From contig CM060732.1 of the NCBI GenBank assembly GCA_030704615.1, forward strand, positions 33,356,001-33,420,000: 64,000 nucleotides of DNA, written 5' to 3'. The stretch comes from Takakia lepidozioides (Eukaryota > Plantae > Bryophyta). The notes beneath the pieces were generated by a model that saw only the letters and a list, made by a program, of their open reading frames with translations, made no database searches and had not been told where the DNA came from. Shown here piece after piece: positions 52,011-64,000 of this stretch. Each line of letters opens with the position of its first letter. Position 1 is the stretch's first letter. The position numbers and the translations under genes were made by a program.

Positions 52011-52473
52011 CTTGTATTCAGTAGGCACAGGGCTCAAGATTTGAGGGCACAATCAGCACAGTAGACGTGCTTCAAATGCAATTCATGTGGATCAATAAAA
52101 ACCTCATTGTGCCCTCTTTTTATTCTATTCTGTGTCCATTGTTCCGAGAATGCGTCATTGCTCATTTCGTTTGGGATTGGGAGTGTGGGTGAATTTTGCA
52201 AATGGCTGGTAGGCTGAAATGGGCCCCCATTGTACAGAGCAGTACCACCCTACCATTCGCGAAACATTGCCTTTCAATATATAATTCTAAATAACATTGC
52301 CGAACCTCCTTCATCGGGAGGTCCTTCTCCCCCTATGACCGTGGCACCCTAAACCCTATTCCCGCGGACACTCATTTCCGGAAAATAGTGCTGCTCATGT
52401 TTTTTTCCACACTTACGACTCTGCTCATGGCTCATGCCGCTCATGGCTCATGGCTCATGAAATAGCAGCCCCC

Positions 52474-53341
52474 GTGGAGGAGCAGTCCCAAGCTTAAATG
52501 GATTTTCCGTGAGACCCTCCCACTCGCTTTGATTATGAACCCCAGACTGAAGAAAGTGTCTGCAATTCAAATTATCACACCTAAGGTGTCCATTGCAAAC
52601 TGTTCTCCTGAAAACAAGCTTGTCCTCATTTTGAATATTGGATGTTTTTGTTCTGCACCATGGGTGCCCGTCGTGTTTCTTGTCTATTCCGTGCATCATG
52701 CTTGTTATACCTCCAACTCGCGGAGGAGGAGGCAGCTCGAATAGGATATCCCCATCAAAAGTCTCTGGCAGGAACTTCGCAGGCACCTGCTTCAAAGATT
52801 CCCAATCAATTCCCCGCAACTCACTTTTGAAAACTGTCATTCCTCCCATCGCCCGTAGTTTTGGAATGACACTACAAATCTCTTCTTCATCCGCTTCTCC
52901 AACTACAGTAGGAAGGATTGGATTTGGAATTTCACTTATGTTATCATCGGACGAATCCGAAAGCTCAACGATTGGAGTGGAGGACGTCTATTCTTTTTTC
53001 ACCACCACCTTCCTCTTGTCTTCAACGACTGAAGCAGCAGTCCCTGGCGTCACATATGATCCAAGGGACTTTCGGCGAGGCTCTCCAAGTACTCTATAAC
53101 GACCAGGCCACACTCTCCACTGGCTGACATGAGCCGTCTCATCACGGTTTTGGAAAGAGTATTTCAACAACTTCCCTTCCAAATCGTACACCTCTTTCTC
53201 CAAGAAGATGGAGCCATTCTGAAGCTCAAACCGTGTAGCCAAGACATAGTCCAGAACAATTGCGAATCCATTGTCAAGGGCTTCTTTGGAGAAAGGCACT
53301 GGTTTGTCGTCAGAGAAGAACTCTGCTTCGGAGGAAGCCAT
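52474..53341 (-). pseudogene. Family B MULE transposase N-terminus (GCM-like), truncated by MULE-A copy 3
   Basis: KFLPETFDGDILFELPP...IDKKHDGHPWCRTKTS...CNGHLRCDNLNC aligns with family A TFLPPEVDGNVIFEFPP...MDRKHDGHPWCVTKTS...CAGKLRCLNPTC. Confidence 0.8.
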
Positions 53342-55133
53342 TTTACGTGAGCCGGTTCTATTTCCTCAGCTGCTCCTTTGCGAAATGAAATGATTCAGCT
53401 TTGCACCACAATGGGGGCACATGAAATGAGGCGGAAACACACGTTCCATGAAGATTGTGAATATTCTGATATTCCATATAATCACCTGTGAAGTTACGGG
53501 GGATGGTTCCTGACAATCCGCCGACAAATTAATGTATGCAACATGCAGTCTGCATTTTCTTCTGCGCATTGCCGACAGATGATACACCAAGTTCTGGGGG
53601 TCGCCCAAAACAATAAAGACCCGCCGACTTCTTTGAAGACCCCAACAGGATCCCATGCAGGGATGATGGCAAGATAATTGAAGTACTTAGATGATTTGTT
53701 CATCCATGGCTAGATTCACTATTTATGATAATGTTGATGCTTTCAACAATATGCATGAAATGGCCCAGAACTCTCCACGTACGAATTACACGTGAAATGC
53801 TAACGTGCGAATCTCATCCCTGACAATGTATACTGATATTAATGAAGCCGTCACAAAAAAGACACTTGTCTATTTTATGTCTGCACACGCCAACAACCCC
53901 AAACAGCCACGTAAATGAACAGCTGTCCCAATATCGGATGACGATGACCGGCCATTGTCGTTTCATCTGGCCCGACGACGTCCGCATGTGAACCGTGCTC
54001 CCTCGACCTTCGCTGGTCCATCTCATGCCCCTTCCTCTCATGTCGGCCCCTCTGATGTACGTGCGAGTAGCCTTCCTCATACGAGACCTGCTCCAAGGCC
54101 ACCACGAAATCCGGGACAAGCCCAGAAACGGCAGAGAATTGTGCAACCTTTTATTGGTGACCGACCTGTGAACATGCCTGATACCCTAGATGGTATTCAT
54201 GATAGGAGTGGAAATCGACCAGAGAGACAACTGAACATACTCCGAGGACGACTACAGGTCCAACGGCCAGTTGCCTCTGGAAACGAAAGAACAGATGGAG
54301 ATCATGATTCTAGCATTGATCATGGGAACGGGGGTGAAGTGAGTGGGTACAAAGATTTTGTACTAGGCGTGAGATCATACCATTGTTGTCGTGCCAGACG
54401 GAATTAGGTACAGCTATAACTTCTGTCACATGATGTGTAGTATGTTTCCATGGATATCCATGTTTCAGTTTGGGTACATGCATACGTGTACGGAAATAAA
54501 AATGGTGGAATATGTGTACCCAAGAAAGGGTTTGGTGGTTGTGCGTGTGTTTGTATTTTGTCATTACCTTTACATTGTTGATTTCCTATTATGGTTTCGA
54601 AAGCCACAAAGGCCAGGTGCAGCTCTTCCCCTTTACAAATCCATGGGGAGTCAATACATGTGCTTTTCATCTGCCTCTCCAAACATACATACAGGTGCAA
54701 GGGGACCAACCTCCTGGTGGTCGCACCTATTTTTAAAAAAACAATTGTGCGACCACCAGTAGCAGTCGTCGCAACTGTTAAAATAAAAGAAAAATGTTGC
54801 GACCACCCCCCTGTTCGACTTGCAGAAGTCCCGCAACAAAAGAACCATCTCCCAGGATCGGAGTAGCAATGGAAGGAATTACATGAGGGGGAGAGAGACA
54901 TTTTCACTGAAAACCTACATTCACGCATCGGACACGCAAGAGGGAATCCGACGGTTCCAGGGACACTCCCAAAACGACGGAACCGCGCAAGAAAGCGAGT
55001 CTGTTCATCTTTCTTACTTTTCCCTTACAGGAAGAGAGGCAGCCAAGCTGGAGAGGGTTCCTTGTCCGGTTCGGAAGAGAAGGAAGTCATTATATTTCAC
55101 ATTGCTTAGAGAGAGGCTGAGATCAAGAGAAAA

Positions 55134-57386
55134 ATGACGAGGCGTCGGATGCAAGAAGGTTATGTGAACTTGGAGACAGGTGAAGCACAAGAGCATGTGG
55201 GAAGTGAGAGTGAGGTCGCCGTAGTCGTTGCGAGGGCTGGAGCAATGAGCGTAGGTAACCAGACAGTGCTAGCCGAGTTCATTCCCGAAGAGAAGAGAAC
55301 AGGGGGAGGAGAAGAGGACGCCATACAGGGAGGAAGTTTGCGAACCCTACATCAGATAGAAATGGTGAGCACTACATATCCACATACTTCTATTTTCATT
55401 AGTCTGGATGTTTTCCCTTCCATCTGGGATTCAAGAACATGGTGTATCTTGTGTGCAGTCCGATGTAAAAGGGAAGATGAAAGCAGAAGAGGGCGATCCG
55501 AGCGATGCAGCCAAGAAGGCAAAGAAGGCGAAGGGATCCGTAAGTTGTCTCACAAGCACTTCCTCCTCTTTACTGATAGTACCCAGAGGTGAGAAAAGCG
55601 ATGATCGGTGGCGATCATCGCTTTACAGAGTAGTGTAGTTCGAAGGCAGGCAGGCAAGCAGGCAGTAGATTCAGAAAGCCAGGCAGGCAGGCTAGTATAC
55701 GTTTCACGAGGAATGTGAGGATCAGTGCAGACCATCACCTTCGCAATTGCTTTATGTAAGCCAATGAAGCCAATTTCATGGTGATGAAAGAGTGCCAGGG
55801 AACCTAAGCAGCATCTTGAAATGATGTAAAAGCAATAGTCGGTGGCGATCTTTGCTCTCAGCTCCATTCCCTTCTTGTTCAGAGGAAGGGGGGAATGGCG
55901 TTGTCGTTCAGGAAAGTGATGGTCGGTGCCGACCATCACATTCAGTCCTCATGGGTTGTGTATCCCAGGGCAGTCTGAATGTGATGATCGGAACCCATCA
56001 TCAGTTTCTGTGGTGACTAGACATAACCCCCAAATGGAGAGTAGCGATGCAATCCTTTGCTTTATGATGTACAAGGTCAATCCAACTTATTCACATCTGG
56101 AATTGTAGTGACAGAAAAGCGATAATCGGTGGCGATCATCGCTTCCAAGTCCATTTCTTTGCTCAATGTCTCATACACTGAAATGCAGGCATTCTGGAAA
56201 AAAAGTGATGGTCGGTGCCGACCATCACATTCAGACCTCATGGGCTGTGTATCCCAGAGCAGTCTTATTATGATGATCGGCACCGATCATCAGTTTCTGT
56301 GGTGACTAGATATTACCCCCAAATGGAGAGTAGCGATGCAATACTTTGCTTTACGATGTACAAGGTCCAACCCACTTATTCACTTGTTGAATTGTAGTGA
56401 CAGGAAAGTGATGATCGGTGGCGATCATCGCTTCCAAGTCAAATTCTATGGTCAATGTCTCATGCACTGAATGGCAGGCATGTTGTCTCTCAAGTGATGA
56501 TCAGTGCCGACCATCACATTCAGACATCATGGATGTGTGTATCCCAGGTTTGTCTTGTTGTGATGATCGGTACAGAACATTGCTTGCATCATCCTTGTCA
56601 TTCCAAATGTGGTTTAATAGTTTATGGTGTGTCATTTTCGATGGCAGATACTGATGATCGCCACTGATCATCACTATCAGTTGAATTTTAAGAAAGACAA
56701 TAGGGTGTCTGAAGTCTTCTTCCGAACATGCAGAAAGTGATGATCGGTACCGATCATTACTATTCATTGACTGTCATTTTTAATATGAGTTCGGAAAACT
56801 TCTTGTGTGCAAAATGTGGATTGCGATGGCCGCCACCGATCATCGCATACTGGTGAGATCTAAGTGAAAGTGCATTGGGAGACACAGTAAACTGTCCATT
56901 CATTTGTTAGAAGACAAAGTGATGGTCAGTACCGATCATCATTGTTTCAAAATGTCTGTTTCCAGAACACCAGTTGAATGTTGTTATTTTGTGTTTTGTG
57001 TATGCAGAAAAATGCAAATTCTAAGCAGGGAGAGACAGAAGAGAAGGGTTCTGGAGAAGGGGACGACTCCACGAAGAGTTCTGAGAACAGCAAAGACACA
57101 GACGATCATGAATTGCACTACCTTGACAAGGTGAAAGAGCTTATGTCATATCAAAAGGTAAATTCCCAGGAAGTTATTAGGGACATGATCATATCTGGAG
57201 GACGCCTTGAAATCCCTCTATGCCGCATGATCTCCATGCCTGTTGTTCGTCCTCCACTATCGCATGACATTACCAAGTTGGAAACAGATTTCGTGCACGG
57301 GTACACAATGGGTACACGAGTATTCTACGTCTCAACATCTACATTGGCATTGATAATTTCGAACGTCCATGTGAAGAGAAAGATTT
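55134..57386 (+). pseudogene. Family B ParB-like cargo gene, 5' exons, disrupted by a gypsy LTR
   Basis: RLEIPLCRMISMPVVRPPLSHDITKLETDFVHGYTMGTRVFYVS aligns with family A TLRIPLCRMVSLPIVRQALPGDVDKLKFAFREGYRLGSAAFYVS. Predicted GT-AG introns at ~55365-55458 and ~55540-57007. Confidence 0.7.
55595..56945. repeat. Family B palindrome array (GTGATGRTCGGTRCCGAYCATCAC) in ~290-bp tandem units, intronic
   Basis: GTGATGGTCGGTGCCGACCATCAC at 55916 and 56205; variants at ~56408, 56494, 56737 and 56919. Confidence 0.85.
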
Positions 57387-58174
57387 TGTTAGAGGGCTGC
57401 TTGGGACTTAGACGCTTTTACGGGTTCTGTGGGGTACCCTTAATTTTTGCGCAGACTGAGACCAACTGGAGCCTTAGGGGTGGCAGCAGCAGGCTTTAGG
57501 GGGGTTACATAGCCCGACACAGCTTTACATAGCCCGCCACAGCTTCACACAGCCAGTCACAGCCCGCCACAGCTTCGCACAGCCCGACACAGCCGACACA
57601 GCCTTACACAGCCAGTCACAGCTCGGCACAGCTTGACACAGCCTGTCACAGTACATGGGGAACAGTTATCATTGACAGGGAACGACTGTGAGGGAATGAC
57701 ATCTGCAGAAGGAACGTGTTACTTCAGGGATGACAGTTAATTAGTTAGGTGGTTAGAACAGCTTGCAAGCAGATAAGGAGAGCGGCAACGGAAAGAAGGG
57801 GACACTTCACGGGGAGCGCTACTGGGTCATGGGAAGAGGAGATCAGGCGGAGAGCAAGAACGAGAGCACAAAAAAGGAGAAAAGATGAACAGTAGATGCT
57901 TATTACATGCAGAGCTGTAGTGATACTGTAGGGCGGATTAGAGTCACCTTGACATTGGCCTGGTACTTGAAAAATCATAATCTGATATTTATTTGATACA
58001 AGCGCACTGTGTAGAGAGACATGAGTGAAGCTGTGAAATGAATGCATGATTACTTGGAACTAAGTAGATACTGAAGCAATCTGATGCTTCAGTATCAGAT
58101 AAGGTAAATTGATAACATGAAGGCAAGAATGAATACAAATGGGAAGCACAACCATGATTCACTAGCTGCAGGTC

Positions 58175-58869
58175 ATGACTGATTGTACTGAGCGGGCTAA
58201 GTGCTTAGAGATATCCAACTCTTCTATCCTGGAGTTTCCACCTCGGATAGCGGAAGGATGGGTGAGTAAAAGCCGTTTGACATTTGGCGACCATACTAGG
58301 GAACTCGGTCATGAACAGCCAGATGTGACAGGCATCTGGTGGGATCATGGTGGTTGGAGAATTAAAGAATTTGATGTGAATCAAATTCCATGTGAAACTG
58401 AGAAGGAAAGATTGTCCAAACAATTCTTTCAGAGGTTCTTGGAATTGCCAGACGGTTGTAAAAGAAAACATTATTAAGAGAGTGCATGATGTTGACCCTG
58501 AGTGGGGTCTGGAGAAAGGGTGATAAGATTTATCAGGTGGCCTGTAGAGGAAGAGCACGTTGGTTACCAACACTGGTTTATGTGATAGCATTGCTATCCA
58601 TTAAGCAAGTAGAGTTTGAAGGCTGGGAGGAAAGGAAGGTGAATGTTTATACTCATATACATGAAGAGCTTGTACTGGTAAAGAATTGGATTCCAAAGGA
58701 TATTCTGTGGATCAAACTCATACCAAGAACAGCTTTCCAGACTTGTTTGCCATATGGTTATATGGTAACGGAGCCTTCTAGTATAGCCAAGGGTGCATTG
58801 AAGCTTGAAAGAAACCCAGGCATATACGAGAGATACTACAGAAGAGAGTTTTGGTTATTGCCACATTAA
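58175..58869 (+). CDS. Extra ORF of unknown function upstream of gag (frameshifted)
   Basis: Consecutive ORFs 58175-58477 and 58486-58869; the same protein text is seen in the other copy (16774-16080). Confidence 0.45.
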
Positions 58870-58889
58870 AGAAATGAAAGACATGGGAC

Positions 58890-61749
58890 ATGAGTGATGA
58901 AAGAGAAGCTAGACTCCAGAGATATTCAGCAAAAAAAGAAAGTTATCTGAAAGCTAATTATCCATATCTTTGGGAGAGAGGAATAGACATAGGGGAATCA
59001 TCTGGACCTCTCACACCATTAAGATTAGAGAGTACATCACCCATACCGGAAGAACTAGAGTTGGATGCCACTCCTTCTTTTTCTTTGCAAGAAAGATTAA
59101 GGGAATTGGTACTAGAAGAAGATCAACCACGAGGTGAAAGATCTGAGGTACATCCCTGGATAAAAGATTTGACACTAAACTTTGATAAGAGTTGGCATGG
59201 AACACCAAAAGCAGGAACTCCAGTTTCTGAAACGGAAGATGAAGAAGGAGGAGAGGATGTGGCAGAGCCAACGGAGAGTTCAGACTCTCCAACACCATTG
59301 CAGTTGAGTTACATGAGTGAAGAAGAAACCCAAGGGCAGAACTTGGAGGATGAAAATAGAGAGAAGAAATTGGAAGAGGAAGAGTATGAAGAAATAGACC
59401 CAACAGCTGAGGTTGAGACTACAACCAGGACATCCCAACCCGTTGGACCTGGATCAAGTGGAGCACTTGGATCACAGGCCAACGAAGGTGTCGGCTCAGG
59501 GGGATCAGGCGGGCAGCCTGGATCTGGCTCTGGGGGGACAGGGAGTGTGGGAAGTAGTGCAACTGGAGCTGGGAATACTGTGAATATAGTGGGGCCAGTA
59601 GCAGGGAGTGCTCACGGGCCACCACTTGGTGGAAGTTCCACCACAACTACAACAGGTCCTCAAGGACCAGCACCAGCAAGGGGGCCAGCATCTGTCAGTG
59701 GGCAGAAGGTAGGGCCACAGATGGCGTTACAACCAACACGGGCAAAACCACCTTTTCCAATATATTCAGGAAAAGGGGATCATGATGTACACATTAGCCA
59801 ATTTGAGCACATGTGTATTGTGAACAATGAGAATGGCGATGATGCCAAGATGAGACTGTTTCCTTGTTCACTTATCAAGAAAGCAAGTGAATGGTATGCA
59901 AGATTCCCTGATAATCATTTCCTAACCTGGAATGGCTTGAATACAGCATTCCGAAATAGGTTCAGGACAAGTAAAACTGAGGATGAAGTGTATGGAAGCT
60001 TACAATAGTTAAAGCAAAAGAAGCATGAAACTGTTGAGGAGTATATGGAAAAGATGGAATTGATGATGAAAAAGCTGGCTGTGTACCAGCACCAGGTTTA
60101 CAGAAGACTTGGTTTGTGAGTGGACTAAGACCAGAGTTGCAAAAGAAAGTGGATATGTTACCCCATAATACAGTGGAGGAGGCATTTGAAACAGCGAACA
60201 GAATTAAGCAATTGGGAATGCTCAGGAGGGAGAAAAGGGATGATGAGGACTCTGAGGATGAGTCAGATGAGGAAGAAGAGCAAGAGCTAAAAAGGAAGAG
60301 TAAGAGGAAGGAGAAGTTTAAGAGGGATAACTATGAGAAAAGATTAGAAGAAATCTTGAAGAAGTATGCCACAGAGGCTGCAACACATTGGAGGAAGGGT
60401 GTTTGGTGTGCAAAGTGCCAGAATGAAGGCCATACCACCACTGAATGCCACATGAAGGAGAAACATTGTACTATCTGTAAAATGGATAACCATTTTACTA
60501 AGAATTGTTACTACAACATAAGGACATCAGCTAGAGAACCTAGGCAAGTAAGGGTGCATCAAGTGTAGCCCCAGCCAAGAAGAAACAGTGATCAAGACCA
60601 CTATGGTAGGCCTGGTGGTTATAACAATGGCATGGAAGGGAGAGGTAATCCAAGAGGGAATTACCAAGGAAATTCCAGAGGCAACTATCAGGGTAATCCA
60701 AGGGGGAATTACCAGCCAGGGAATCAGGATTACAGAAACAATTCCAGAATAGACCAAGGGCGAGGACCTAATGGGGAAGAACTGTGTTACTATTGTAATC
60801 AGGCAGGCCATCGCAAGGCAGCCTGTCCATTCTGGATCAGACACCAGAATGAGATGAGAGCTCCTGTGAATGAGGGGCCAGTGGTGGCAGCTCACATGGT
60901 TAGGCCATGTGTTGTACCAGAAGTAAGTACAATGATAGTAACGAGAAGCAAAGCCAAACTAATACCTCCAGTAGATGAGGAAGATGATGATAATGAAGAT
61001 GGCAATGATGTGCCTAAAGATGATGAGGCTTGGAGAGATGAGAAGGAACTGCACAAGGAAGTGGCAGATACCATAAGGAAATGCAGAAGAGTACTGATAT
61101 TCCTATGGCGGATTCCTCTGATTCTGATAGAGAAGAGGAAGTGAGTGAGGATGAAGGGAAGAAGAAGCTGCAGACATGCAGAGTAATGAAGGGACTTTGG
61201 CTGAAGTAATATGCCAGTCCCAAGCGGAGATTACCATTGGACAACTATTGGCTGTGGCACCTTATTGTAGACACAGGCTGTATCAAGCAATCAATCGAAT
61301 TGCCCATGTGACAGGGAACACAGACCTGAACAGCAAGGTGACCAGTTATAATGTGAAGCCGGAAGGGCGAGAAACAGTCATGGACTTTGATGATTCTATG
61401 CCAGTAATCCAATTGAGAATTGGAAGCACAGAACTAACTGATGTACTGATAGATGGAGGCTCTGGAGTGAATATCATGACAGACCAATTAAGGCAGAAGC
61501 TTGGTCTAAGTAACATGAAACCAGCCCCATTTACAGTAACAATGGCAGATCAAAGAAGTGTACAGCCATTGGGATTGATAAGAGGAGTTAAGATACAGAT
61601 TCAAAAGATGATCTTTATGATCATAGTAACTGTGTTGAAAATGGATGAAGTCATGGAAGCTTACTCTTTATTGTTGGGACGTCCGTGGCTGAAATAGGCT
61701 AGGGTATTCCATGACTGGAATTCCCAGTTACTAACTGTGCATGATGGGA
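58890..61749 (+). pseudogene. Gypsy gag-protease (stops and frameshifts)
   Basis: Retrotrans_gag-like FPIYSG...RLFPCSLIKKASEWY...TWNGLNTAF; three CCHC knuckles (CAKCQNEGHTTTEC, CTICKMDNHFTKNC, CYYCNQAGHRKAAC); protease VLIDGGSGVNIM...LLGRPWL. Confidence 0.9.
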
Positions 61750-63523
61750 CACTCACTTGTAAACCGGGGGCTCCTCGGCCTCGATCCCAACTTCCTCCCC
61801 CTGCTCCTTCTCGGATTTTTCCTCATCCTCCGAGGATGCCTCTTCCTCTTTCGGCAGACGTTCAGCCGCTGCAAGTTCCGAGTTGTGGAGGGCAGTATCT
61901 AGCTCGAAGGCGAACACATGCCTGTCGGACAACGTCCCTGCCCACATTGAAGCACCTGAGGAACAAAGCGGGCGGTTAATAGCTTGCGGCATGCAATTGC
62001 AATCGGGCCAGGGGACAAACTGAGCACGTGAAGGCTTACCCGTGCCGCATGTGAGGTCCAGAATCCACCCTTGGACATCCGAGCACGTCTCCATGAGGGT
62101 TTGGATGAAAGCAGGGCTCCGGGTCCGGCTGTACCGCCACGGTTTGCCTGTCTTTGTGTCCTTCGGCATACTAGAGTGGGGCATATAGTTGTAGAGGACA
62201 TCGTAGGTTACAGGGTCCACAGCGGCATCAACAAGACGACCGTCGTTGCGGAATTTGAACGTAGACCCTCTCTTCACAAAGCAATATGCCTCAAACACCA
62301 ATGTCTGCACATCCAACAAAGAAGGGATCAACTCCAGGGTCTACTTAACATACACCACAATATGAAGTGAATGCAATAGATTGATAACTTACACTTTGGC
62401 CCTCTGTTCGCAACCCCTGCGTACTGATGCAGAACCATTTTCTGAGGAGGACCGGGGTGACACTTTTCGGTGTCCACCTTGCCACCGCATTCTCTGTGGT
62501 CTTCCCTCTTGTGGCAAGGACAACCACACATCCACCGTCATCCAGAAGCCATCCCATCGCCAGCCCCAAACCCGGCTTTCCAGTAGTCCTTAGTAAACCT
62601 GTTCCAGGTGGGCACACCATCCGGGCCCTCCAGCAGCTCCCCATCTGGAATGTCGAGGAGAATCATGTCGCAAGCTCTCTCCACCTCAACCCCCCCCCCC
62701 GAGTGCTCTTGCAATTCGTGCTCACAGCCGTGAAGAATTCCATCATGGCTTCAAAACCAGGGGTGTCTTTAGGCTCTGTACCGCCAGCCCTCTTCTTGGC
62801 TTTCCCCTTCTGCTCCACCAGAGACTTGTTGTGTGCCACCTTCTTCGCCCTGGCAGCGAGAGCGTCAAGGAAGCTCTCATTGACGCATTGGATGATGGTT
62901 GGAGGTTCTAGCTTTGGCCTGTGCGTAAACGTCACCGCCGAATACCGCCGTGTAGGCTCGCCCTCAAATGCCAACTTCTTGGCAGAGCCAGTCCCACTCC
63001 GAACTGACTTGGGAACCCGGACGACTGGTGACTGGGTAGGAGCAACAGCAGTCGCAGGACCTTGAACAAAGTCGTCATCCCATTCAGTCTCTTGGGTCCC
63101 CTCCTGCGCCTCCTCCGATGCCCCGATGGTTTTCTTCTTTTTGGGTGTACTGCACTCACCTGTTTCCTTGTCCTTTTCCTTTGGCCTTTACTCTTCTCAT
63201 GCAATTTCTCCTGAATTCCTGCTTGAGCAAGCTCTGCCGCTTTCCTGGAGTTTGCAAGCGCTTTTGCCTCTTTTGCACCCAACAGAGGCACGGAGCCCGG
63301 TTTCGTCGGAATTCAGCATCCAGCTTCAATTGAAACCCGGATGGGTCGAGCGAGCCGGGCGGAAGGTCCACATACCAAGGGCAATCACGCAAATGTTCCA
63401 GATGTCACTACTTCACAATATCGTCAGTGTACATGGAGTCAGCCCCAGGGTTCCTCCATGCCAGGAAGAATGGTGGCTCGAAAGACAGATGACCTTTCTC
63501 CAAAAGGGAGAACTTACAGTACC
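61750..63523 (-). pseudogene. Family C homolog of the amino-MTase-like gene (3' exons)
   Basis: CDMILLDIPDG (~62640-62672), WRYSRTRSPAFIQTLMETCSDVQGWILDLTCGTG|intron|ASMWAGTLSDRHVFAFELD, EPPFFLAW, CPWY. Intron positions match family A. Confidence 0.8.
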
Positions 63524-63599
63524 TGCATTCATGAAAAACACAATGAGGTCCCTGAAATGCATATTCCGCACCATTTTCCCAGGTTGGGGCGGATGTGAG

Positions 63600-64000
63600 T
63601 GGGCCTAGAAATGGGAAAATGGCGCCGAATTTCGGTTTTTGGTGACTGCCACCCTAGGGACTTAGCCATCTTGGGAGCCCTGAACTGGAAATTCGGCGCC
63701 ATTTTTCCCGGTTTGGCCCGAAGATGGCTAAGTCCCAGAACCGCAATAGGGCCTAGAACTGGAAAAATGGCGCCGAATTTCCAGTTCAGGTCCAGCCACC
63801 CTAGGGACTTAGCCCGCAAATGGCTAAGTCCCTGAACGGCAATAGGGCCTAGAACTGGAAAATGGCGCCGAATTTCCAGTTCAGGGCCAGCCACCCTAGG
63901 GACTTAGCCCGAAAATGGCCAAGTCCCTGAACGGCAATAGGGCCTGGAAGTGGGAAATGGCGCCGAATTTCCAGTTCAGGGCCAGCCAGTCTAGGGACTT
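63600..64000. repeat. Family C ~95-bp tandem repeat with imperfect palindrome GAACTGGAAAATGGCGCCGAATTTCCAGTTC and a second inverted repeat AGGGACTTAGCC/GGCTAAGTCCCT
   Basis: Units start GGGCCT at ~63601, 63750, 63845 and 63940, and run off the window end. Confidence 0.85.

Larger units (their letters stand above)
45082..52473 (-). mobile_element. MULE family A copy 3 (inverted, partial), abutting the family B transposase gene
   Basis: Reverse complement of 21222-~28580. TIR GCTCATGAAATAGCAGCCCCC ends at 52473 and directly abuts family B transposase coding sequence. Confidence 0.9.
52474..57386. mobile_element. MULE family B internal segment: divergent transposase (-) and ParB-like (+) genes
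   Basis: Same head-to-head layout as family A. Both genes are homologous to, but diverged from, family A. No termini are visible. Confidence 0.75.
57387..61749 (+). mobile_element. Ty3/gypsy LTR retrotransposon (5' LTR, extra ORF, gag, protease), truncated before RT
   Basis: LTR starts TGTTAGAGGG at 57387, with a possible end ...CCTTGACA near 57954 (uncertain); gag and protease motifs lie downstream. Confidence 0.85.

Noticed and set aside
57955-57975. Primer-binding site after the putative LTR end (TGGCCTGGTAC)
   Set aside because: I cannot match it to a specific tRNA 3' end, and no 3' LTR is available to fix the boundary.

Overview
Eukaryotic (land-plant-like: spliceosomal introns, F-box/kelch fragment, L1 and Ty3/gypsy elements) TE-dense window with two 500-N gaps (19082-19581, 44582-45081). 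It is dominated by a nested stack of mobile elements. The main finding is a ~14.5-15 kb Mutator-like (MULE) DNA transposon (family A), present as two full copies (866-15840, 21222-35666) and one partial inverted copy (45082-52473). It has short imperfect TIRs, (CATGAGC)n subterminal repeats and 8-9 bp TSDs. Besides a GCM-like/DDE/SWIM transposase it carries a divergently transcribed multi-exon gene that joins a ParB/Srx-like domain (DGNHRLLA = GxxRxxA) to a beta-class N4/N6 amino-methyltransferase-like domain (DIPD ... VLDLICGTG). It also carries one or two paralogous unknown small genes and an array of ~30 palindromes GGAAATGCGGYRCCGCATTTCC at 53-bp spacing. Two diverged relatives (family B at 17.6-19.1 and 52.5-57.4 kb; family C at 61.7-64 kb) carry homologous cargo genes, each with its own different palindrome array. 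This suggests a transposon-encoded protein/palindrome self-recognition system; the function is inferred, not shown. Hosts and neighbours are a Ty3/gypsy element with an extra upstream ORF (two copies), an APE-RT LINE with a 2A-like motif, an L1 ORF1 fragment and an F-box/kelch gene fragment. Domain calls rest on manual motif recognition only.
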